From Candidatus Thalassarchaeaceae archaeon (GTDB lineage: Archaea; Thermoplasmatota; Poseidoniia; Poseidoniales; Thalassarchaeaceae), in NCBI GenBank assembly GCA_963580235.1, contig CAUZJP010000001.1:1-30781 (forward strand): a DNA stretch of 30,781 bases. The letters are read 5' to 3'. Numbering within the stretch: position 1 is the stretch's first letter; every line of letters starts with the position of its first letter. The position numbers and the translations under genes were made by a program. This document shows, one piece after another, positions 17,737 through 24,833 of this stretch. The notes below the pieces were generated by a model that was not told where the DNA came from, ran no database searches, and worked only from the letters and a program-made list of their open reading frames with translations.

Positions 17737-18757
17737 GTTGTGCTTGTTCAAGGTAGGGCTGTGCCCAAGTGTCGCCTCCAGTGACCAACCTTCTGGCAAG
17801 GAAGAAGGCGGCAGCAAATTCCTCTGCTTCCAAGAGAGTCCGTAACTTCTCTTCATCATCAGATTCCCTCGCCTCCTCCTCGGTTGGTAGGGCAAGTTCT
17901 TCATCGGGAGATGCAACCTTCATCGCTAGCGCCTCCATCCGTTCTAGGAACATCTCACGGGTGTCAGCGCTGGGTGCTTTCCATCGCTTGCCGGCACCAT
18001 CCATTCGTTTCTCCATCCGTACACGGAAGTTGTCGCGGGTAGGTAGTTGGGGGAAGTGAGTTTGGGCTTGGTCGTAGCAGAACCAGGCATCATCGACCTC
18101 GCCGCGCTTTTCATGCAGCCTGCCGAGTTCAGTCCACGCTTCATGGTTCATTGGTCGGTGGGCGAGGAGCCGTCGAATGAGTCTGATAAAGGCCTCTTCG
18201 TCCACAGTGCGCACTCTCTCCATCCGGCGACCGAAGAGGATGTTTGCGCGTGGGTCTGAGAGATCTAGTTTGAGTACTCTAGCCTCAAAATCCGAAATGC
18301 CGGTGGGGCCGATGATGGACCACCACGCATCAGGGTCGAGAGGGTCGGTGTCGAGCGCTGCATTGAGCAATTCTCCACCATGTGTGAGCATTTCCAAGGA
18401 ACCGAGTTGGCCCAGCTGCTCGGGGTCTCTTCCAAGGATTGTGAAGAGATCCTCGAGGACTGCGCGCAAGCCGTCAGAATCCGATAGAAGAAGTTTGACT
18501 TCGGTTAAGATGGTCCAATTAGCCTCGTGAGTGAAGTCGTGCAGGACTGCCTGTCGGGCACTCTGTTCGGCCCATGAGAGGTTCTTCGCCATATGAGCCG
18601 GGTCACTCTGTGCCAACTTGAGGAACTTCTTGGCCTGCGCTCGATGGCGATTACCCAAGCTTCGCCTCGGGTGCTGTAATCCGCTACCGCTCTGCTCGAC
18701 CACGATGGCACGCCGTCGTTCAAGCGTCAATGAACCTTCGGCAACCTGTGCCTTCAT
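17720..18757 (-). CDS. Hypothetical TPR-containing protein
   Basis: 345 aa, ATGA-coupled to the UbiD-family gene. A clear TPR-like unit: PMNHEAWTELGRLHEKRGEVDDAWFCYDQA..FP. Confidence 0.7.
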   Translation of the reverse strand: MKAQVAEGSLTLERRRAIVVEQSGSGLQHPRRSLGNRHRAQAKKFLKLAQSDPAHMAKNLSWAEQSARQAVLHDFTHEANWTILTEVKLLLSDSDGLRAVLEDLFTILGRDPEQLGQLGSLEMLTHGGELLNAALDTDPLDPDAWWSIIGPTGISDFEARVLKLDLSDPRANILFGRRMERVRTVDEEAFIRLIRRLLAHRPMNHEAWTELGRLHEKRGEVDDAWFCYDQAQTHFPQLPTRDNFRVRMEKRMDGAGKRWKAPSADTREMFLERMEALAMKVASPDEELALPTEEEARESDDEEKLRTLLEAEEFAAAFFLARRLVTGGDTWAQPYLEQAQLNLDQ

Positions 18758-20019
18758 GTCACTGATGTGAAAGGACCTTTGTCGCTTCCGAATGGAATCG
18801 TCGCATCGTAGCCAATCTTTGATGTCAAGCCATCCTCGCTCCGGGTCGGGTCAAGGCTACTTCCCCGCTGATTAGTCAGTATGATGGTGTCTCTATCGGG
18901 CTGCCACCGGGTCATGAGCGCCCACTCTACCCTTACAGGATCCGCAGGGTCAACATCGGTGTCAACAATGGTGACCGCCTTCATCGAGGTGTGACCGGCG
19001 AAGGCAGCCATAATTGCCGCATTTGCGTCATCAGCCGATTTCGGTTCGATTTGAACGACCGCAGACAACCAACCAGAGCCACCTTCCGTCATCACCACAT
19101 CAGTGCATGTGCAGACCTCAGAAACGGCCGCCTTGATGGTCGGTGCTCGCGGCAGCCCCATCAGGGCGCGGTGTTCACTACCGGCAGGCAGGATGGCGTG
19201 GAATATGGGGTCATTTCGATGGTGGATCGAGTGGATTTCGATAACCGGCTCCTGTCGAACATCGTCTACCGTCCCAGTGATGTCAACATAGGGCCCCTCA
19301 TCATCATCCTGCAGAGTGATGGTGGCCGCCATAGCGTATTCCGAATCGGCTGGCACTTCAATGCCGTTTGAGAGTTTGACCAGTTCGAGGGGCTTTCCGT
19401 AGAATTTCTCGTGTAACGCAGCAGCAACCGCGAGCTCGTCAATGGGCTCATCGAAGGACATCGCTGCGGCGAGTAGAACGCATGGGTCCGCTCCGTTCAC
19501 GATGGCGATGGGGAGTGGCTCACCCGCGGCGCGAGACTCGTTCACCATAGTGCGCAAATGTCGCGGCACCAGCCTCGCCACCACATGATTCGCATCTCGT
19601 ACGAACTGCCGATGGTAGGAGACATTTCGGTTTCCGCCCCATTCGGCGATGACTATGCTCGCAGACATGTAGCGACCTCTGTCCTCTGGCCAGTGATGGG
19701 GAATCGGTAGTTGATGGAGGTCTACCGGGTCGATTGAATTCTCGAATACGGGAGCATCTCCCGCGCAGGATACGGATTCACTTCTGTTGTTCATCGCCCA
19801 TCCGAGAACATCGATCACATCTGATTCTGAGATGTCGAAGTTTGAGGCCAAATTATGCCTCATACAGATATTCATTGCCGCCCGGTGGCCCGGTGCACCC
19901 AGAACTTCATCAAAGACAAGGGTCCTCCCGCGATGCTCCAAAGCAATCTCTCTCATTCCTCCGACGGGGTCTACTGAGGTGATATGCATCGCCTCACCGA
20001 GGTGCTCCCTGAAGGTCAT
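18754..20019 (-). CDS. UbiD-family prFMN-dependent decarboxylase, candidate trans-anhydromevalonate-5-phosphate decarboxylase
   Basis: DLHQLPIPHHWPEDRGRY, NVSYHR, RHL, EGPYVDITG, VDTDVDP..VEWALMTR and GSSLDP. At 421 aa it is in the size range of the short archaeal UbiD subgroup. The substrate is inferred from context. Confidence 0.85.
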   Translation of the reverse strand: MTFREHLGEAMHITSVDPVGGMREIALEHRGRTLVFDEVLGAPGHRAAMNICMRHNLASNFDISESDVIDVLGWAMNNRSESVSCAGDAPVFENSIDPVDLHQLPIPHHWPEDRGRYMSASIVIAEWGGNRNVSYHRQFVRDANHVVARLVPRHLRTMVNESRAAGEPLPIAIVNGADPCVLLAAAMSFDEPIDELAVAAALHEKFYGKPLELVKLSNGIEVPADSEYAMAATITLQDDDEGPYVDITGTVDDVRQEPVIEIHSIHHRNDPIFHAILPAGSEHRALMGLPRAPTIKAAVSEVCTCTDVVMTEGGSGWLSAVVQIEPKSADDANAAIMAAFAGHTSMKAVTIVDTDVDPADPVRVEWALMTRWQPDRDTIILTNQRGSSLDPTRSEDGLTSKIGYDATIPFGSDKGPFTSVT

Positions 20020-20124
20020 CGTCGGGGCGAATCACAGTAGTCGCTTCAAGGTTGGGGAATGCCTAATTGGGCTGGTCAGAAGAGAGTGTTACAGCGCCGC
20101 CGTCCTTCATTCATATCCGTCACC

Positions 20125-20148
20125 CTCATATACGCGAGGCAGGTCGGC
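20125..20148 (+). promoter_or_regulatory. Putative rps12 promoter: TATA-like box plus GGCAGGTCGGC
   Basis: CTCATATA (20125-20132), 9 nt, then GGTCG. The 11-mer at 20138-20148 is identical to one upstream of fusA. Confidence 0.45.
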
Positions 20149-20169
20149 GGGCTGCTTCAAGGTGTACGC

Positions 20170-20598
20170 ATGGGTAGGGGACTCTTTGCTGGTGCCAAAA
20201 TGAAGCGTGACCGTCAGCGGTTTCGGTGGAAGGACCGAGGCTACAAGAGGCGGGTTCTGAAGCTCAAGGAGAAGTCCGATCCACTCGGCGGTTCGTCCCA
20301 AGCAAATGGCATCGTCATCGAGAAGGTCGGCATTGAGGCGAAGCAGCCCAACTCCGGTATCAGGAAGGCCGTGAAGATCAGTCTGATTCGAACTGGCAAC
20401 AAGTTGACCGCCTTCGCTCCCGGCGACGGTGCAATCAACTTCATCGATGAACACGACGAGGTTCTCGTCGAAGGAATCGGTGGCCGCATGGGCCGTTCCT
20501 ACGGAGACATTCCCGGTGTTCGATACAAGGTCATCAAGGTCAACGGCGTCTCACTAAATGAGATGGTTCGAGGGCGCAAGGAGAAGCCGATTCGGTGA
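20170..20598 (+). CDS. rps12: 30S ribosomal protein S12 (uS12)
   Basis: [33 protein letters not shown] and [18 protein letters not shown] before the ATG at 20170. Confidence 0.97.
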   Translation: MGRGLFAGAKMKRDRQRFRWKDRGYKRRVLKLKEKSDPLGGSSQANGIVIEKVGIEAKQPNSGIRKAVKISLIRTGNKLTAFAPGDGAINFIDEHDEVLVEGIGGRMGRSYGDIPGVRYKVIKVNGVSLNEMVRGRKEKPIR

Positions 20599-20607
20599 GG
20601 TGTTTTC

Positions 20608-21252
20608 ATGGCAGATGAAGCAGAACTAGTCGAAGATGCACCTGAGCCCGAGGTCAAGGTTGAGGAGCCCGAGGTTCCAATCGCTGGCATCGGAACACTC
20701 GTCTTCGGTAAGTGGGACACTTCAGAAGTGACCTGCTTCGACCCTGGTATCGCTCCTTATGTCAATCTCAAGACCGTCGGCGTGCCACACTCTGGCGGCC
20801 GCCACGCAAACATGTGGTTCGGGAAGAGCAAACTATCAGTTGTCGAGCGCTTCATCAATGGCCTGATGAGAACAGGCCGTTACTCCGGCAAGAAACTTTC
20901 AACCGCGAAGGCGTTTGAGGCTGCCTTGGACAGAATCGCACAGCGGGATGGTGTAAATCCTCTACAGGTCTTTGTTGACGCCATCTCCAATGCAGCCCCG
21001 ATGGAGGAAATCATTCGAATCAAGTTCGGGGCTGTAAGCCAACCAAAGGCTGTCGACTCAGCCCCAAGCCGCCGCCTTGATGTCGCAATTCGCCATCTAG
21101 CGAAGGGCGCCACCCAGGCGACACACAAGAGCAAGAAGACCCTCACTCAAGGGATTGTGACAGAGATTTCCAAGGCAGCCGAAGGTGATGTCACCTCCTA
21201 CGCCATCGGAAAGAAGGATGAGGTTGAGAGAATCGCAGCCTCTGCTCGTTGA
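20608..21252 (+). CDS. rps7: 30S ribosomal protein S7 (uS7) with an acidic N-terminal extension
   Basis: FGKWD, PHSGGRHA..FGKS..VERFIN, NPLQV..AI.NAAP.EE, VDSAPSRRLD and KKDEVERIAASAR. GAGGTG SD. Confidence 0.97.
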   Translation: MADEAELVEDAPEPEVKVEEPEVPIAGIGTLVFGKWDTSEVTCFDPGIAPYVNLKTVGVPHSGGRHANMWFGKSKLSVVERFINGLMRTGRYSGKKLSTAKAFEAALDRIAQRDGVNPLQVFVDAISNAAPMEEIIRIKFGAVSQPKAVDSAPSRRLDVAIRHLAKGATQATHKSKKTLTQGIVTEISKAAEGDVTSYAIGKKDEVERIAASAR

Positions 21253-21350
21253 TTCAACCGTCACCCGGCTCCTGCTCTTTCCTTCAAATTGACAATTTTT
21301 ATGAAGATTTTTTGAGAAACAGCCATAGGTATCAGTTGGAGGGTGAATTC

Positions 21351-22508
21351 ATGGAAGATGTTGAGAGGAGCGCAAAACCATTCAACATCAACGCTTTGAA
21401 TGCAGTTTTTCTATTGGGCACGCCTCCCCTTGCCCTCATCGGCGCAATCTGGCACGGCTTCACATTCGGCATCACTTGGGTCGAAGGTGCGATCTTTTTC
21501 GTTTGGTATTTCGCCTGTGGTCTTTCAATCACCGTTGGCTATCACAGGCTGTTCACACATCGTAGTCACGAAGCGCGCTGGCCCCTCCGACTCGGCTATG
21601 CAATGTTCGGAGCCGGAGCCTTCCAAAATTCAATTCTTGAATGGTCAAGTGACCACCGCCGCCACCACAAGGAGACCGACCTCACCACAGACCCTTACAA
21701 CGCCGCTCGAGGATTTTGGTGGAGCCATTTTCTATGGATTATTTTCGATGAGCATACTGGTGAACCAGATTATTCCAATGTGCGTGACTTGCAGAAGGAC
21801 TGGGTTGTCCGATTCCAGCATCAGTTCATCTTCTCGACTGGATTCCTAATTGGCATGGTGGCCCCCGGCTTGGTTGGATACGCAATCGGAGGGCTTGGAG
21901 CAGGAATTGGAGGTTTTGTCTGGGGGGGCTTGGTTCGTACCGTTTTCGTGCATCACGGGACCTTCCTCATCAATTCGGCAGCACATGTCTGGGGTAAGCA
22001 GCCGTACACTACCGAAAACAGCAGTAAGGACTCCTTCTGGCTCGCATTCTTCACCTTTGGTGAGGGCTACCATAACTTCCACCACACCTTTCAGGCTGAC
22101 TATCGAAACGGCCATCGTTGGTGGCAATGGGATCCCTCCAAATGGTGGATTAAGGCATTCTCGCTGATCAAGTTGAATGACGGTCTTAAGAGGACTCCAA
22201 AGTGGGCGATTGAGTCTGCAAGAATGGAGACTAGATTTCAGAAGGCCGCAGCCGACTCTGTACAGCTCCATGGGGATTCGGAGATGGGTCTCTTTCAGGC
22301 CCGCTCAAAGCAGTGCTGTGAGGGGTATAGATTGGCCATGCGTCAAGTTGACGGAATGCGCCAACAACTGAAGCGTGCGAGTGCTGAGAAACGGCAGCAA
22401 CTAGTGGGACAGATTAGGCAAGGAAAGGAGTCAGTGCGACTCGTTCGAGATGAGTTTTCACGGCTCCTAGAGGAGATGTGCCTCGCCACAGCGCCAGTCT
22501 TGTCTTGA
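21351..22508 (+). CDS. Membrane-bound delta-9-type acyl-CoA/acyl-lipid fatty-acid desaturase with a C-terminal coiled coil
   Basis: All three His boxes are present: GYHRLFTH (~21543), DHRRHH (~21654) and GEGYHNFHH (~22071). Also SITVG, TDPYNA.RGFWWSH, HGTFLINSAAH and DYRNG..WWQWDPSKW. GGAGGGTGA SD before the ATG at 21351. Confidence 0.92.
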   Translation: MEDVERSAKPFNINALNAVFLLGTPPLALIGAIWHGFTFGITWVEGAIFFVWYFACGLSITVGYHRLFTHRSHEARWPLRLGYAMFGAGAFQNSILEWSSDHRRHHKETDLTTDPYNAARGFWWSHFLWIIFDEHTGEPDYSNVRDLQKDWVVRFQHQFIFSTGFLIGMVAPGLVGYAIGGLGAGIGGFVWGGLVRTVFVHHGTFLINSAAHVWGKQPYTTENSSKDSFWLAFFTFGEGYHNFHHTFQADYRNGHRWWQWDPSKWWIKAFSLIKLNDGLKRTPKWAIESARMETRFQKAAADSVQLHGDSEMGLFQARSKQCCEGYRLAMRQVDGMRQQLKRASAEKRQQLVGQIRQGKESVRLVRDEFSRLLEEMCLATAPVLS

Positions 22509-22536
22509 GGCCCGCAGTACCTCGTTCAGCCCCGAT

Positions 22537-22576
22537 GTCCTCGTGCGCGGGTGCTCGCCCGCGCAGGGGACTTTAT
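22537..22576 (+). terminator. GC-rich stem-loop with a short U-tract after the desaturase (possible terminator or RNA-stabilising hairpin)
   Basis: Perfect arms TGCGCGGG (22544-22551) and CCCGCGCA (22558-22565) around a 6-nt loop, extended by GTCCTC/GGGGAC and followed by TTTAT. Confidence 0.45.
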
Positions 22577-22595
22577 CAGTGGAGGGCAGGTCGGC
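22571..22595 (+). promoter_or_regulatory. Putative fusA promoter: TATA-like box plus GGCAGGTCGGC
   Basis: CTTTATCAG (22571-22579), then the same 11-mer at 22585-22595, 22 nt before the ATG (21 nt for rps12). Confidence 0.45.
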
Positions 22596-22617
22596 CGCGA
22601 CACCAAAGGTGGACCAC

Positions 22618-24825
22618 ATGGGACGCAAGGAAGACAACATCGCAAAGGCCACAGAAGTCATGCACATACGATCGCAGATTCGAAACCTCTGCATCGCTGC
22701 TCACATCGACCACGGAAAGACCACTCTCTCTGACAATTTGATCGCTGGCGCCGGGATGATGAGTGAGGAATTGGCAGGCAAGGCCCGAGTTCTCGATTTC
22801 GACGAGCAGGAAGCCGCACGTGGAATTACAATCAACGCTGCATCAGCATCGATGGTGCACAACATCGAGGGTACTGATTACCTAATCAATCTGATAGACA
22901 CACCCGGCCACGTCGACTTTGGTGGTGACGTTACCCGTGCCATGCGAGCGGTCGACGGCTGCTTCATCCTCACCTGTGCGGTTGAGGGTGCCATGCCTCA
23001 GACCGAGACGGTGGTCCGCCAGGCACTCAAGGAGAAGGTGAAGCCAGTGTTGTTCATCAACAAGGTGGACCGCCTCATCAACGAACTTCAGGTAACGCCA
23101 GAGGATATGCAGGAGCGATTCATGGGCCAGATTCAGAAGGTCAACAAACTGATTCGCCAATTCGCGCCCGAGGAGCACAAGAAGGACTGGCTGGTCAGCG
23201 TTGCTGACGGCACGGTCGCCTTTGGTTCAGCATACCACAACTGGGGGATTACAGTTCCATACATGCAGAAGTCCGGCATTTCATTCAAGGACATCTTTGA
23301 TTATTGTAACGACGAAAATCAAGAGGAGTTGGCTGAGAAAGCGCCTGTTCACGAGGTGCTTCTAGATATGGCGGTATCACAACTACCCGGCCCAGTCGAG
23401 GCCCAAGAATACCGAATTCCCAACATTTGGACTGGTGATTTAGAATCAGAATTGGGCAAGGCGATGATGACTTGCGATCCTGAAGGGCCGCTTGCTCTGA
23501 TGATTACCAAGATTTGGATGGATCCCCACGCTGGTGAAGTAGCAGTCGGCCGCCTATACTCTGGTACGGTTAACCACGGAGAGAGCGTTTGGGCGATTGG
23601 CGGTGCAAAGGCCGAGCGCGTTCAACAGGTCAGCATGATGGTCGGCGCTGATAGAATCGCGGTTCCGATGATTGTAGCTGGGAACATTGCAGCGATCACC
23701 GGAATCCGCTCAGCCGCTGCTGGAGTGACAATCGGTCGAGAGAGTGACATGGTTCCATTCGAAGCCATTCGCCACTACTCTGAACCTGTCGTGACAGTAG
23801 CAGTCGAACCCAAGTCAATGAAAGACCTTCCCAAGTTCATCGATGCACTGCGATCCCTTGCGAAGGCCGACGCCTCGCTCGAGGTTCGGACTAATGCCGA
23901 GACCGGGGAGGCACTTCTCGCCGGAATGGGCGAACTCCACTTGGAGATCACAGTCTACCGAATTGAGGAGGAGCAGGGGATCAAGGTCTCCGTCTCCGAG
24001 CCAATCGTCGTCTACCGGGAAACCGTCTCTGGAACCAATCGAGGCTCCTCGTTCGAGGGCAAGTCACCCAACCGACACAATCGATTCTACATCGAGGTGG
24101 AACAACTCTCCCCGGAAGTCGTCCAAGGACTGCGTGAAGGCGAGTTCGGTAGCGGCACAATCCGACCGAAAGATGGCAAGGAGGTCGGCCGGAAGTTCGG
24201 CGAGTACGGAATGGACAAGGACAAGATGCGCAAGATTTACGCCATCAACGGGACCAATGTCCTAGTCAACGACACAAAGGGTATCCAGTATCTTCATGAG
24301 ACCAAGGAACTACTCATCGAATCGTTCAACGAAGTATGCACGAAGGGCCCGATTGCTGAGGAGCCGATTATGGGCGTCATGGTCCGGCTGGTGGATGCAA
24401 AGCTCCACGAGGACGCCATTCACCGCGGTCCTGCGCAGACCATTCCAGCGATGCGGAACGCAATCAAGGGTGCTATGGTACGCGCTGGTTCTGTTCTCAT
24501 GGAGCCGATTCAGAAGTTGAATGTCTCAGTGCCGAATGACTGGCTCGGCGGCGTCACTCGTGAGTTGACAATGCGCCGTGGTGAGATTGAGGATATGCCA
24601 TCGGATGGTGAGATTACAACTGTGATTGGAAAAGTACCAGTCGCTGAAACCTTCGGATTCTCCAATGACATCCGTGCGGCCAGCCAAGGTCGCGCGGTAT
24701 GGAATACCGAGAATTGCGGCTTCGAAGAGTTACCTCGTAGCCTACTCGCTGATACGGTCGCTGTGATTCGAGAGCGCAAGGGCCTAAAGCCAGATATTCC
24801 CGGTGAATCCTACTACGCCGATTGA
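22618..24825 (+). CDS. fusA: Translation elongation factor EF-2 (aEF-2)
   Basis: AHIDHGKTTLSD, RGITI, DTPGHVDF, NKVD and the diphthamide loop HEDAIHRGPAQ. AAGGTG SD before the ATG at 22618. Confidence 0.98.
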   Translation: MGRKEDNIAKATEVMHIRSQIRNLCIAAHIDHGKTTLSDNLIAGAGMMSEELAGKARVLDFDEQEAARGITINAASASMVHNIEGTDYLINLIDTPGHVDFGGDVTRAMRAVDGCFILTCAVEGAMPQTETVVRQALKEKVKPVLFINKVDRLINELQVTPEDMQERFMGQIQKVNKLIRQFAPEEHKKDWLVSVADGTVAFGSAYHNWGITVPYMQKSGISFKDIFDYCNDENQEELAEKAPVHEVLLDMAVSQLPGPVEAQEYRIPNIWTGDLESELGKAMMTCDPEGPLALMITKIWMDPHAGEVAVGRLYSGTVNHGESVWAIGGAKAERVQQVSMMVGADRIAVPMIVAGNIAAITGIRSAAAGVTIGRESDMVPFEAIRHYSEPVVTVAVEPKSMKDLPKFIDALRSLAKADASLEVRTNAETGEALLAGMGELHLEITVYRIEEEQGIKVSVSEPIVVYRETVSGTNRGSSFEGKSPNRHNRFYIEVEQLSPEVVQGLREGEFGSGTIRPKDGKEVGRKFGEYGMDKDKMRKIYAINGTNVLVNDTKGIQYLHETKELLIESFNEVCTKGPIAEEPIMGVMVRLVDAKLHEDAIHRGPAQTIPAMRNAIKGAMVRAGSVLMEPIQKLNVSVPNDWLGGVTRELTMRRGEIEDMPSDGEITTVIGKVPVAETFGFSNDIRAASQGRAVWNTENCGFEELPRSLLADTVAVIRERKGLKPDIPGESYYAD

Positions 24826-24833
24826 GAACCCAA

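Noticed and set aside
21249-21350. Possible translational coupling or N-terminal extension of the desaturase from a TTG overlapping the rps7 stop
   Set aside because: The 34 extra codons cover an AT-rich promoter-like tract, and a strong GGAGGGTGA SD precedes the ATG at 21351, so the later start is more parsimonious.
22543-22617. Apparent N-terminal extensions on EF-2 (from 22543), uS12 (20059), PsmA (10973), Rrp4 (12526) and Rrp41 (13214)
   Set aside because: Artefacts of choosing the longest ORF. In each case a downstream ATG with an SD-like element matches the usual family start, and most extensions cross putative promoter sequence.
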